From NCBI GenBank assembly GCA_008932965.1, contig WBXG01000014.1, positions 188 to 32,187 of the forward strand: a stretch of 32,000 nt of DNA. The letters are read 5' to 3'. Below are positions 1 through 9,913 of this stretch, piece after piece. The notes beneath the pieces were generated by a model, which was not told the DNA's origin, ran no database searches, and was given only the letters and a program-made list of their open reading frames with translations. The translations under genes were made by a program, and so were the position numbers. The stretch's first letter is position 1; the number at the start of each line of letters is the position of its first letter. This DNA comes from Verrucomicrobiota bacterium. Lineage in GTDB: Bacteria; Verrucomicrobiota; Verrucomicrobiia; Chthoniobacterales; UBA6821.

Positions 1-1
1 G

Positions 2-1453
2 TCTAAAACTCCAATCACAGTTGCCTACGGTGACGGTATCGGTCCTGAAATTATGGAGGCAACACTTCATATCATTGAGTCTGCTGGAGCCCAGCTCGAG
101 ATTGAACGAATCGACATTGGTGAAAAAATGTACCTAGCAGGTCATCCCACCGGCATAGATCCTTCTGCTTGGGAATCACTACGCCGTACCAAAGTTTTTT
201 TGAAATCACCCATTACAACTCCTCAGGGAGGAGGCTTTAAGAGTCTTAATGTAACTGCAAGAAAAGCGTTAGGCCTTTATGCCAATGTACGTCCTTGTGT
301 TAGCTACCATCCTTTTGTTGCTACAAAACATCCTTTTATGGATGTCGTTATTATTCGAGAAAATGAAGAGGATCTTTATGCCGGTATTGAGCATCGTCAG
401 TCCCAAGATGTGATTAGTTGTACTAAACTAATATCTCGTCCTGGATGCGAAAAAATTGTGCGTTATGCCTTTGAGTATGCACTCCTCAACAATCGTAAAA
501 AAGTCACCTGCTTCACTAAAGACAACATCATGAAGATGACCGATGGGCTCTTTCACAAAGTATTTGATGAAATTGCAATGGAGTATCCTGGTATCGAAAA
601 GGAGCATTGGATTGTCGATATAGGTGCTGCTAAACTTGCTGACACCCCACAGGTCTTTGATGTCATGGTCCTCCCTAATCTTTATGGGGATATTCTCTCT
701 GATATAGCAGCTCAGATTGCAGGCTCTGTAGGCCTGGCTGGCTCCTCGAATATTGGAAATAATGCGGCTATGTTTGAAGCTATCCACGGCTCTGCTCCCC
801 GTCGAGCAGGTCAAAACCTAGCCAATCCCTCTGGTCTTTTTTTAGGAAGCATCCTCATGCTCCTACATATTGGTCAGGCAGAGGTTGCGGAGCGTGCCCA
901 TAACGCCTGGCTTTGTACCTTAGAGGAAGGAATCCACACTTATGATATTTTTGATGAAGCTGTAAGCCGACAAAAAGTCGGAACGAAGGAATTTGCGCTT
1001 GCCGTTGTTGCGCGCCTAGGCCAGAAACCTCAGCGCCTTAAACCAGTTTCCTACAAAAAAGAATCCCCTGCTCTTCATCGGATGGTTCCTTATTGTCGCC
1101 CCCAAGAAAAAAAAGAACTCATCGGCGCTGATGTTTTTATTGAACATCAAGGACAACTAGACGATCTCATTCCTCTTTTAGTACGATGCGGCATGGCTAA
1201 AGATAAAATGATGTTAGAAATGGTTGATAATCGAGGAATGATCGTCTGGCCTCAGAGACAGCCAGACCTTTTCTATTCTGATTCATTCCGGGCTCGTTAT
1301 AAACTTCCAGACGGGACTCCAGGAGTGATCTCTCACAATAAGATAATTGAATTGCTCCAACGAATCACTTTGGAGAACTTAGAGTTTTTGAAAGTAGAAC
1401 TTCTTTATAATTTCGATGGCCAGCCCGGATTTACAAGAGGACAGGGACAATAG
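2..1453 (+). CDS. icd: Isocitrate dehydrogenase (isocitrate/isopropylmalate dehydrogenase family), 5'-partial, long form with a ~130-aa C-terminal extension
   Basis: The frame is open from base 2: SKTPITVAYGDGIGPEIM precedes the tracked Met at 53, so the gene starts left of the window. Family motifs present: ITVAYGDGIGPEI, LNVTARKALGLYANVRPC, IIRENEEDLYAGIEH, NLYGDILSD, FEAIHGSAPRRAG. Stop at 1451-1453. Confidence 0.9.
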   Translation, partial: SKTPITVAYGDGIGPEIMEATLHIIESAGAQLEIERIDIGEKMYLAGHPTGIDPSAWESLRRTKVFLKSPITTPQGGGFKSLNVTARKALGLYANVRPCVSYHPFVATKHPFMDVVIIRENEEDLYAGIEHRQSQDVISCTKLISRPGCEKIVRYAFEYALLNNRKKVTCFTKDNIMKMTDGLFHKVFDEIAMEYPGIEKEHWIVDIGAAKLADTPQVFDVMVLPNLYGDILSDIAAQIAGSVGLAGSSNIGNNAAMFEAIHGSAPRRAGQNLANPSGLFLGSILMLLHIGQAEVAERAHNAWLCTLEEGIHTYDIFDEAVSRQKVGTKEFALAVVARLGQKPQRLKPVSYKKESPALHRMVPYCRPQEKKELIGADVFIEHQGQLDDLIPLLVRCGMAKDKMMLEMVDNRGMIVWPQRQPDLFYSDSFRARYKLPDGTPGVISHNKIIELLQRITLENLEFLKVELLYNFDGQPGFTRGQGQ

Positions 1454-1599
1454 AAATGGAAGAATCATCGTTAAGAAATTGCTTAGATAGTTTTGTTTGT
1501 TTACAGTTCTTAACAACGGTGAGTTCTCGTAATTTTCTAACATCACTGAAATAGAAAAGCTCTCCTCTATCCTATATCTTCTATTTTTGAAGTTTTTCC

Positions 1600-4500
1600 A
1601 TGCCTAAAGATCTTACGTTAAAAAAAATTCTCCTAATTGGAGCTGGTCCGATTGTTATTGGACAAGGATGTGAGTTTGATTATTCAGGAGTTCAAGCCTG
1701 TAAAGCTTTGAAGGAAGAGGGATACCAAGTTGTTCTTGTTAACTCCAATCCTGCAACCATCATGACTGATCCGGAGTTTGCGGATCGAACCTATATTGAG
1801 CCGATCACCCCGGAGGTTGTCGAAAAGATCATAATACGCGAACAACCAGATTCGCTTCTTCCTACTCTTGGGGGACAAACTGCTCTTAATGTCTCCATGG
1901 AGTTAGTACGACGAGGGATTTTAAAAAAACATGGAGTACGCCTCATTGGTGCCAATGCAGAGGCTATTGAGCGTGGTGAAGATCGAACTGTTTTTAAAAA
2001 CCTGATGCTTGAAATCGGTCTTGAGGTGGCCAATTCAGGTGCTGCCCACTCGATGGAAGAGGTCATTACGATTGCAGAAAAAATAGGTTCTTATCCTTTA
2101 ATCATCCGTCCAGCTTTTACATTAGGTGGTGCTGGAGGGGGCATTGCCAGGAATCGTGAAGAACTAGAACTCATTGCGCAACATGGACTGGATCTCTCTC
2201 CTACCAGCGAAGTCCTCATTGAAGAATCACTCCTTGGCTGGAAAGAATTCGAAATGGAAGTCATTCGTGACTGTGCTGATAATTGCATTGTCATTTGTTC
2301 CATTGAAAATATTGACCCGATGGGTATCCATACCGGAGATTCCATGACAGTAGCTCCGATTCAAACCTTAACTGACAAAGAATATCAGCGCATGCGCAAT
2401 GCCTCCTTTGCTGTTATTCGTGCAGTTGGGGTAGAAACAGGTGGATCTAATATTCAATTTGCCCTGCATCCTCAAACAGGACGGATGCTGGTTATTGAAA
2501 TGAACCCCCGTGTTTCACGCTCTTCTGCTCTTGCTTCTAAGGCCACGGGATACCCCATTGCTAAAATCGCAGCCAAGCTCGCCGTAGGTTATAGATTAGA
2601 TGAATTAACCAACGATATTACAAAAACAACGACTGCCTGTTTTGAGCCTACTATCGATTATTGCGTTGTTAAAATTCCACGTTTTACATTTGAGAAATTC
2701 CCGCTAGCAGATGCAACGCTTACAACACAAATGAAGAGTGTTGGTGAAGTGATGGCCCTCGGAAGAACTTTTAAACAAGCGCTTCAAAAAGCACTTCGAT
2801 CACTTGAGACTGGACGCTTTGGCCTTGGTGCTGATGGAAAAGATACCGAACCTCGTCTTTCAGATGGCACCTGGGATTTCGCAACAATTGAGAAAAATTT
2901 ACGAGTTCCCTGCGCAGAACGGATTTTTATGATTCGCTATGCCTTTCTAGCAGGCCTCTCGGTTGATGATATTCATCAACTCAGCTTTATTGACCCCTGG
3001 TTTTTGCACAATATTTTGGAAATTGTGCAAGAGGAAGAAGAGTACCGTGCAAAACCAGATCAAATTCCATTACTACGTGCAAAAAAAATGGGCTTTTCAG
3101 ACCATCAGATTGCCTATCTGAGTAATCGCTCAGAAGATGAGGTGCGTGCCCAGCGCAAAGCAGAAGGCATTTATCCCACCTACCGGCTCGTAGATACATG
3201 TGCTGCAGAATTTGAAGCCTCCACCCCCTATTTTTATTCGACCTATGGAGAGGAAGATGAAGTTAAAAGTAGCAGTAAGAAAAAAATCATGATCCTAGGA
3301 GGGGGACCGAACCGTATTGGTCAAGGAATTGAATTTGATTATTGTTGTGTGCATGCCTGCTTCGCTCTGCAAGAAGAAGGTTATGAAACGATCATGGTGA
3401 ATTCAAATCCTGAAACGGTCTCCACAGACTATGACACAAGTGACCAACTTTTTTTTGAACCACTCACGCTCGAGGATGTCCTCAATATTTATGAGCGAGA
3501 ACAATGCCACGGTGTTGTTGTGCAATTTGGAGGTCAGACCCCACTAAACCTTGCAGCAGCCCTACAACAACGCGGAGTAACAATTATTGGCACACAACCA
3601 AAAAGCATTGAGATGGCCGAAAATCGAAAGCATTTCTCTCGCATGCTAGAGAAACTTGGGCTTAAGCAAACCGTGGGAGCAACTGCAATCAATGAATCGG
3701 AAGCGGTCAAAATTGCCAGTGAGATTGGATACCCTGTTTTAGTCCGCCCCTCTTTTGTTCTAGGTGGTCGTGCAATGGAAATTATCCACACAGAAACCGA
3801 TCTTCGACGTTACATTCAAACTGCTAGTGCTATTAGTCCCGACAGCCCCATTCTCATTGATCGTTTCTTAGAGGATGCTACAGAAGTCGATGTAGATTGC
3901 CTCGCCGATGGGCATCAATGCGTTATTGGCGGTATTATGGAACATATTGAGGAAGCAGGAATTCACAGTGGTGATAGTGCTTGCGTCATTCCAACTTTTT
4001 CATTATCACCAACGGTCCTCACAAAAATTCGCAACGCCACTTCCCTAATGGCACTCGAACTTCATGTTCGTGGACTGATGAATGTTCAGTTTGCTGTAAA
4101 GGAAGAGGAGGTCTACATCCTGGAGGTCAATCCACGTGCATCACGCACGACCCCTTTTGTAAGCAAGGCTATAGGAGTACCTCTTGCAAAGTTAGCAGCT
4201 AAAATTATGACTGGACGTACGCTTTCCAGCCTTGGCTTTACCCAAGAAATTATCCCCCAGCATTTTTGTATAAAAGAAGCCGTAATGCCTTTTATCAAAT
4301 TTCCAGGAACAGATATTATCCTTGGACCTGAAATGCGCTCTACTGGCGAAGTGATGGGACTCGATGTTGATCTCGGCCGTGCCTATGCCAAAGCACAAAT
4401 GGCCGCGCATCCTCCTCTTCCTTTAGGTGGTAATTTATTTGTGAGTGTCAAGGATGCTGATAAAAAGGCCATTGTACCCTTAGTACGTGAATTTATTGAC

Positions 4501-4827
4501 CTTGGATTTTCGGTTTATGCGACTCGCGGAACAGCACGCACCTTGCAAGAGTCAGGCATTGAAGTTCTTCAACTCAACAGACTCAGTGAGGGACATCCGA
4601 ATGTTTTGGACATGATTCAAAAAAACAATGTTCATTTGATTATCAACACACCCTCGGGAAAATTACCGTGGAGAGATGAAGTTGTTATTCGAAGTGCGGC
4701 CGTTGCTCATAGAATTGTCACAATCACAGTATTAAGAACAGCTATTGCAAGCGCTGCAGCAATTCGAAGCATGCTTGCAGGTGATCTTGAGGTACGTAGC
4801 ATTCAAGAATATCATCAATCTCTCTAA
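1600..4827 (+). CDS. carB: Carbamoyl-phosphate synthase large subunit
   Basis: 1075 aa. Two homologous ATP-grasp halves ([17 protein letters not shown] and [17 protein letters not shown]; [24 protein letters not shown] and [24 protein letters not shown]) plus a C-terminal MGS-like domain. Length matches canonical CarB. No carA is adjacent. Confidence 0.97.
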   Translation: MPKDLTLKKILLIGAGPIVIGQGCEFDYSGVQACKALKEEGYQVVLVNSNPATIMTDPEFADRTYIEPITPEVVEKIIIREQPDSLLPTLGGQTALNVSMELVRRGILKKHGVRLIGANAEAIERGEDRTVFKNLMLEIGLEVANSGAAHSMEEVITIAEKIGSYPLIIRPAFTLGGAGGGIARNREELELIAQHGLDLSPTSEVLIEESLLGWKEFEMEVIRDCADNCIVICSIENIDPMGIHTGDSMTVAPIQTLTDKEYQRMRNASFAVIRAVGVETGGSNIQFALHPQTGRMLVIEMNPRVSRSSALASKATGYPIAKIAAKLAVGYRLDELTNDITKTTTACFEPTIDYCVVKIPRFTFEKFPLADATLTTQMKSVGEVMALGRTFKQALQKALRSLETGRFGLGADGKDTEPRLSDGTWDFATIEKNLRVPCAERIFMIRYAFLAGLSVDDIHQLSFIDPWFLHNILEIVQEEEEYRAKPDQIPLLRAKKMGFSDHQIAYLSNRSEDEVRAQRKAEGIYPTYRLVDTCAAEFEASTPYFYSTYGEEDEVKSSSKKKIMILGGGPNRIGQGIEFDYCCVHACFALQEEGYETIMVNSNPETVSTDYDTSDQLFFEPLTLEDVLNIYEREQCHGVVVQFGGQTPLNLAAALQQRGVTIIGTQPKSIEMAENRKHFSRMLEKLGLKQTVGATAINESEAVKIASEIGYPVLVRPSFVLGGRAMEIIHTETDLRRYIQTASAISPDSPILIDRFLEDATEVDVDCLADGHQCVIGGIMEHIEEAGIHSGDSACVIPTFSLSPTVLTKIRNATSLMALELHVRGLMNVQFAVKEEEVYILEVNPRASRTTPFVSKAIGVPLAKLAAKIMTGRTLSSLGFTQEIIPQHFCIKEAVMPFIKFPGTDIILGPEMRSTGEVMGLDVDLGRAYAKAQMAAHPPLPLGGNLFVSVKDADKKAIVPLVREFIDLGFSVYATRGTARTLQESGIEVLQLNRLSEGHPNVLDMIQKNNVHLIINTPSGKLPWRDEVVIRSAAVAHRIVTITVLRTAIASAAAIRSMLAGDLEVRSIQEYHQSL

Positions 4828-4943
4828 CAGCTAAGAATAATCGCTTGAAATTTAAGTTCAAATGTAGGAGGATTGTGGACTTGTGAACCTTTAGACCCCT
4901 CCACTCTTATCAACCCCCTATAAAAAGTTAAATATACCCCACT

Positions 4944-6659
4944 ATGAAGCCCTCCATTTATTTGTTAATCTCGCTTATCTCGGTAAATCTTGTTATTGCA
5001 GCATCTCCTACAAAAAATCCTAAAACTGTTGCCGATTTAGGTATTGAGATGATAAATGTGGGAGATCCAAAAAATCCCGAAGATCCTTCAAATCACTATG
5101 GTGCTGTAGCTGAAACATTTCAAATTAGTAAATACGACACCACTGCAGCACAATACTGTGTCTTTCTTAACAAAGTCGCTAAGCACTCAGATCCCTATCA
5201 GCTATACGATGAAAGAATGAATAGTGATGAGAACGTCGCTAGCATTGTACGTACAGGAGATGCAACAACCGGCTATACTTACAGCGTTAAATCACCTGAA
5301 ACTGCGCAGCTTCCTATTGTCTATCTCACGTGGTTCTCTTCAGCTCGCTATTGCAACTGGATAAACAATAGTGTGATTGCAGGACACCTACTCGAAGGAT
5401 CAGAAGATGCCTCTACAACAGAAAAAGGAGCCTACGATTTTACCGTTCCTGTAAAAGTTGTGACAAGCAAGTATACTGATTTTCTCAATAACATGGCATC
5501 AACTGAAAGTTCTATAAATCCTAGTGATAGCCTCCATAAAAAATTATTTGAGGATGAGAAAAGCCTCCACGATATTATTAATTGTACTAAAGGAGATAAC
5601 GGAAAATATGTATATTCGATCAAACAAAGTAATACCTCAGCAGACATACCAGACCATGTCGAACTTAGCTGGACTTCTGCAGCACGTTTTAGCAATTGGA
5701 AGTACAATGTAGAGACTACCAAAAATTCTCATCATTACTCAAAAGAAGAACTCACGGAGAGAGGGCTTTTTACTATTGCTGACGGTATTAAGGATAATAC
5801 TGGTGATGCAGATGTAGTCCCGACTGACTATGCTAAGGTTACTCCTGGAGCAAAATATTTTCTTCCTACTGAAAACCAATGGTACAAGGCAGCCTACTTT
5901 GCTAGAAAACATTATGGGCCTGGTTTTAGTTCAGATTATTATAAATATCCAACAAGCATGGATCTTGCTCCAGTTAATCAACTAGAGGGCACACAGATGG
6001 TAGCCAAAACATCTGCATTTTCATGGTTGACCGATGATCCTAATGACGCATTAACTACTGAAAAAGTTGATAAAGGCAATAGCGCTAACTACTACATTGA
6101 TGATATGGTCGTAGATAAAAAATTCACTACAGGAGATAAAAAACCACACCTTACACCAGTAGGATATTTTTCTAAAACAACTTCTCCATATGGAGTATTT
6201 GATATGGCTGGCAATGTGTCACAATGGATCAGTGGTACAGCAGGGCACTATGTAACTTTCAGCTATGACGAGGATGGTAAAATCACGAAAAGTGATTTAG
6301 CTAAAATAGATAATAATGGTCAGCCTCTTCTGGTTGATGGCGTTACAGCTGACAAAACAATAATAGATGCTGGGGGGCACACCATGAAAAAAGATGCCCA
6401 GGATCATATCCTTTTACAATGGCAGTATGCAGGGGTCACACGTCCCATTCGAGGTGGTGGTTGGGGGAATGAGGGACAGTGCCCAACAGGTAATGATCAA
6501 TTTGCAAAAGTTACAATAATGGTCATCGATGGATCTGTGAAACGTGACTATATTGGATTCCGAATTGCTGCCCCTGCTCTTGCTACAATTAAAGATGAAC
6601 AAATGGGCTCTTCACAAAAAGCTCTTGAATCTACCACGGGTCCAAAACAATGGTGGTAA
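4944..6659 (+). CDS. Secreted SUMF1/FGE-sulfatase-domain protein (formylglycine-generating-enzyme-like fold), function unknown
   Basis: N-terminal signal peptide MKPSIYLLISLISVNLVIAA. FGE-domain landmarks: MINVGDPKN, ISKYDTTAAQYCVFLN, PIVYLTWFSSARYCNW, LPTENQWYKAAY, GVFDMAGNVSQW, RGGGWGN, IGFRIA. The N-terminal half-domain is duplicated (second copy VELSWTSAARFSNWKYN). Confidence 0.75.
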   Translation: MKPSIYLLISLISVNLVIAASPTKNPKTVADLGIEMINVGDPKNPEDPSNHYGAVAETFQISKYDTTAAQYCVFLNKVAKHSDPYQLYDERMNSDENVASIVRTGDATTGYTYSVKSPETAQLPIVYLTWFSSARYCNWINNSVIAGHLLEGSEDASTTEKGAYDFTVPVKVVTSKYTDFLNNMASTESSINPSDSLHKKLFEDEKSLHDIINCTKGDNGKYVYSIKQSNTSADIPDHVELSWTSAARFSNWKYNVETTKNSHHYSKEELTERGLFTIADGIKDNTGDADVVPTDYAKVTPGAKYFLPTENQWYKAAYFARKHYGPGFSSDYYKYPTSMDLAPVNQLEGTQMVAKTSAFSWLTDDPNDALTTEKVDKGNSANYYIDDMVVDKKFTTGDKKPHLTPVGYFSKTTSPYGVFDMAGNVSQWISGTAGHYVTFSYDEDGKITKSDLAKIDNNGQPLLVDGVTADKTIIDAGGHTMKKDAQDHILLQWQYAGVTRPIRGGGWGNEGQCPTGNDQFAKVTIMVIDGSVKRDYIGFRIAAPALATIKDEQMGSSQKALESTTGPKQWW

Positions 6660-6810
6660 TTTTTATCTCTATAGTGTCTCTTGATTTATGATAGTGGCAG
6701 CTACTTCTAATTGATAAATAAGCTGCTACTAACAATTACTGGAACTAACTATTGTTGTTCTTTTATTGTCAGTAGCAGCAAATATGAAAAAAAACCATAG
6801 TGAACTCAGC

Positions 6811-6984
6811 TTCCCTATTTCACTCTAATCGTGACTAGGAGGCTGATGAAGCTGTAGGGTATGGCAAGTAATGAAAGTTTAACAACTGATGTGCGGATAC
6901 ACGCTGCACGAGGAAAACTTCGAGCTCAACAAATCTTCTATCAAGCTTCCTGGTATCCTTAGGTGATCGGCATGAAATAACTCC
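6811..6984 (+). mobile_element. Degenerate near-full-length copy of the TA-flanked palindromic MITE family
   Basis: Colinear by eye with copies 17693-17835 and 20430-20606. Left end TTCCCTATTTCACTCTAATCGTGACTAGGAGG, core GATACACGCTGCACGAGGAAAACTTCGAGC, right end GATCGGCATGAAATAACTCC followed by TA (6985-6986). The left TIR carries a small deletion. Confidence 0.6.
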
Positions 6985-7190
6985 TAGGAGCTTATTTGAT
7001 TCAGAGGGAATATTTGATTCTTTACTAAAGGATGTCGTTTCAAAATAGGTTTTGTGCTAGTAACAATTTTTTATAATAGGGTAATGTCCCCAATTAGCTA
7101 CAGAGATTCTACTTCACAACTTTTTTACTAATATCAACAAATCAAATGGGTTGCTATACCAGTTTCAAAAACTTTTGAGATTCCTTCTAA

Positions 7191-7215
7191 TTCCCTATTT
7201 CCTATTTTGATTCAT
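7191..7215 (+). repeat. Possible solo left-end fragment of the MITE family
   Basis: TTCCCTATTTCCTATTTTGATTCAT resembles the degenerate left end at 6811-6835 (TTCCCTATTTCACTCTAATCGTGAC). Short and diverged. Confidence 0.3.
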
Positions 7216-7238
7216 GTTTCTCAGTTTAAAATACTAGA

Positions 7239-7526
7239 ATGGTAACAATGATACCCACTACCTTTATTGCTTTTGGACTTCCAGCAGTTCCAGAGTGCTC
7301 TTTTATTATCGTTTTAGCACTGCTTCTTTTTGGTCCAAAAAAGCTACCACTTCTAGCACGTCAATTTGCTAAGCTCCTTGCTGAATTTCAAGAGGCAAAA
7401 GAAGAATTTCACAAAGAGATTCTTCTAATTCCCCCTACTCCGAAAATTCAAGAGCCTCTAGAAAAAAAAGTCTATCAGAATACATCCAAACCATCACCTC
7501 CATCTGAAATAATAGTAAAAGAGTGA
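7239..7526 (+). CDS. tatA: Twin-arginine translocase subunit, TatA/TatE family
   Basis: A single N-terminal TM helix is followed by the TatA hinge and amphipathic helix: FIIVLALLLFGPKKLPLLARQFAKLLAEFQEAKEEF (FG-KKLP signature). The start could be ATG 7239 or ATG 7248. No tatC is nearby. Confidence 0.7.
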   Translation: MVTMIPTTFIAFGLPAVPECSFIIVLALLLFGPKKLPLLARQFAKLLAEFQEAKEEFHKEILLIPPTPKIQEPLEKKVYQNTSKPSPPSEIIVKE

Positions 7527-7560
7527 GTTGAATTTTCTTAGAGCATTTTAAAAGAGTTAT

Positions 7561-7588
7561 CCCGAATAATTCATCTCGATCTACTGCT
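7561..7588 (-). repeat. Truncated MITE end fragment, disrupted by insertion of the 271-bp copy
   Basis: CCCGAATAATTCATCTCGATCTACTGC matches the reverse complement of the right end (GCCCGCATATTTCATACTGATCTACTAC). It abuts the TA at 7589-7590 where the next copy begins. Confidence 0.45.
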
Positions 7589-7590
7589 TA

Positions 7591-7861
7591 ACCCGGATAT
7601 TTCAAACTGGTTCGTCGCGAGGCGCTGCGAATCCTGATGCAGACACCACCGGCGGTCGGGAGACCGCGATGGAGACTGCCCTGGCTTTAAGGGGGCAGCC
7701 CTGAAAGGGCGAGACGAGCGGGAGCGAGCGAGTCAACGCAGATGAGTATTTTGACGCAAGGCTGTTTGATTACATACTACCCAAGAAAGACTCCGAGCTT
7801 GGGCGAAGTATCCATCATGGCTTCCCAGTCTCCGAATGTAATCGGCATGAAATATACGGGC
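7591..7861 (+). mobile_element. Long (271-bp) MITE copy with an extra GC-rich core
   Basis: Left end ACCCGGATATTTCAAACTGG, right end CGGCATGAAATATACGGGC. TA on both flanks (7589-7590, 7862-7863). About 100 extra bp (7641-7740) are absent from the other copies. The right half is colinear with 17693-17835 (GAAAGACTCCGAGCTTGGGCG). Confidence 0.85.
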
Positions 7862-9336
7862 TAGGCAGACTCTTCGGGACGGTAATCCCTCGTCTCAAAG
7901 CGAGTATATTCCTTAAGAAATGTTAACGGGACCTCACCGGTCGGTCCATTACGCTGCTTGGCAATGATGAGTTCAGCTTCACCCTCTTTTTCACTACGAA
8001 GAGCATCATCTTTTTCAAAATAAGCAGAACGATAAAGCAGACCCACGAGATCAGCATCTTGCTCAATTGAGCCAGACTCACGTAGATCAGATATACGTGG
8101 TTTCCCATCACTCCTTTTTTCTGATTCACGATTCAGCTGTGCTAAAACAATCACAGGAATTGATAGCTCTTTTGCCAATGCTTTGATTCCAGCTGAAATT
8201 TCAGCTATTTCAATTTGACGATTATCTTGAGCTCTCTTGGAGTTGGATCTTAGCAACTGAAGGTAATCAATAATAATAAGGCTAAGATCGTGACGATCCT
8301 TCAATCTGCGTGCTTTTGCCCTTAGCTCCAAAATACTGAGTCCAGCAGTATCATCGATATAAATTTTACTTTTGGATAAAGCATCAGCGGCTCGAGAAAG
8401 ATTTTTCATATCTTTACTTCCCATGAACCCATCACGCACTTTTTTTAAATCTACTTTGGCACGTGAACACAGAACTCGTTGAACAAGTTGTTGTGAGCTC
8501 ATTTCCAGGCTAAAAATCCCTACTGATTTTTGAAGATCGATTGCTACATGCTCTGCAATATTCATTGCTAGGGCCGTTTTACCCATTGATGGACGAGCAG
8601 CAATCACAATCATTTCACTAGCATGCATTCCATCTGTAAGCTGATCTAGGAAAGAAAATCCAGTAGAGAGGCCAGTAAGGGCACCTTTATTTTTGTGCAT
8701 GCCTTCGATGGCATCAATCGCCAAAAGCACCTGTTCTTTAATTTCAGGAAGAGCATTACTCACTCGAGATTCACTGATCTTAAAAATATTACTTTCAATA
8801 GTATCAACTAGCGTTTTGACATCACCTTGTTCTTCGTAACATTGAGCTGCTGCACTCGTGCATACAGCAATCATACTCCGTAGAAGAAATTTCTCCTGAA
8901 CAATCTCTAGGTAATATTCAATATTGGCTGCAGTCGGAATAAATTGAATTAAATGAGCCAATGCTGCAGGACCACCTACACCATCAAGAAGTTTTTGATC
9001 GGCTAGTGCCTGGGTCACCGTAATGAGATCAATCGGTTTTAATTCCTTCCATAGACCAACTAAGACGCTGTAGATGGTGGAGTGAGCAGGTTGATGAAAA
9101 TAATTTTCATCAATTTTTTCAATACAGAGAACTAACACCTCTCGAGGTGATAGAAGAATAGAACAAAGCACCCCCATTTCCGCATCAGGACTTGATGGTA
9201 GAGCACGATAGGACTCAGGGAGGATTTTCTTAGCAACAAACTTGTTATCTCCTGCTTCTACCTTTTTTAGAACAGAGGGAGATTTTTTTCTTCCGCTAAA
9301 TGCTCCCGCATCTGTATTAGAAGAAACGGACTCCAT
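7861..9336 (-). CDS. dnaB: Replicative DNA helicase DnaB
   Basis: 491 aa. N-terminal DnaB domain (PSSPDAEMGVLCSILLSP), Walker A ARPSMGKTALAMN, Walker B LIIIDYLQLL, C-terminal motifs GSIEQDADLV and IIAKQRNGPTG. It follows rplI, the conserved rplI-dnaB arrangement. Confidence 0.95.
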   Translation of the reverse strand: MESVSSNTDAGAFSGRKKSPSVLKKVEAGDNKFVAKKILPESYRALPSSPDAEMGVLCSILLSPREVLVLCIEKIDENYFHQPAHSTIYSVLVGLWKELKPIDLITVTQALADQKLLDGVGGPAALAHLIQFIPTAANIEYYLEIVQEKFLLRSMIAVCTSAAAQCYEEQGDVKTLVDTIESNIFKISESRVSNALPEIKEQVLLAIDAIEGMHKNKGALTGLSTGFSFLDQLTDGMHASEMIVIAARPSMGKTALAMNIAEHVAIDLQKSVGIFSLEMSSQQLVQRVLCSRAKVDLKKVRDGFMGSKDMKNLSRAADALSKSKIYIDDTAGLSILELRAKARRLKDRHDLSLIIIDYLQLLRSNSKRAQDNRQIEIAEISAGIKALAKELSIPVIVLAQLNRESEKRSDGKPRISDLRESGSIEQDADLVGLLYRSAYFEKDDALRSEKEGEAELIIAKQRNGPTGEVPLTFLKEYTRFETRDYRPEESA

Positions 9337-9355
9337 AAGAGTATTTAGCTAAAAA

Positions 9356-9901
9356 TTACTCTGCTGCTGACTCTTTGCGAGTACGTGGTTTTTTTAAACC
9401 TTCTGATTCATGAGCTTCTTTTAATTCCGCTTCTGATGATGCTCTAATGGTAATATGAAGTGTTGCCGTTACTTCAGGATGTAGACGAACAGGAATGGTC
9501 TTTTCTCCTGTTTCTTTAATAGGACGTTCAAGAGAAATTGAATGACGTGAAAGTTGTTTTTCACTCAGTTCACCCAATTCTTTTTTGATAAGCTCAATAA
9601 GATCATGAGCTGTAATCGATCCAAATGCTTTGCCAGCGAAGCCAGTTTCCAATGTTAGACTTAAACGAAGTTTGTTAATTTTGGATGCAAGCGCTTCTGC
9701 TTCGACAAGTTCACGTGCTTCACGCTCAGCACGCTTTGCTTTAAGATGATTAATCTTACGAAGGGTAGCAGGAGTTACCTCGAGTGCTTTGCCATGAGGA
9801 ACTAGAAAGTTGCGAGCATAGCCTGAACGAACTTTGACAATGTCAGCTTCAGCACCAAGGGTTGAAATTGCTTCGGTAAGGATAACTTGAGAGGTGGCCA
9901 T
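9356..9901 (-). CDS. rplI: 50S ribosomal protein L9
   Basis: The N-terminus [35 protein letters not shown] matches the L9 signature (E. coli, recalled: [36 protein letters not shown]). 181 aa with a charged C-terminal tail. Confidence 0.9.
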   Translation of the reverse strand: [181 protein letters not shown]

Positions 9902-9913
9902 AAATTAAAATGC

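Noticed and set aside
428-4410. Tracked minus-strand and alternate-frame ORFs inside icd and carB (428-814, 1684-1878, 1791-2066, 2091-2345, 2987-3199, 3534-3791, 3981-4202, 4113-4298, 4192-4410).
   Set aside because: All are embedded in strongly supported, full-length conserved genes. Their translations are low-complexity shadow-frame products with no recognisable motifs.
7621-7740. The GC-rich core of the 271-bp element as a known small RNA (SRP, tmRNA, RNase P or tRNA fragment).
   Set aside because: I found no conserved signature of those RNAs (no SRP GGAA/AGCA motif pair, no tRNA cloverleaf, no tmRNA tag ORF). It remains an unexplained structured insert.
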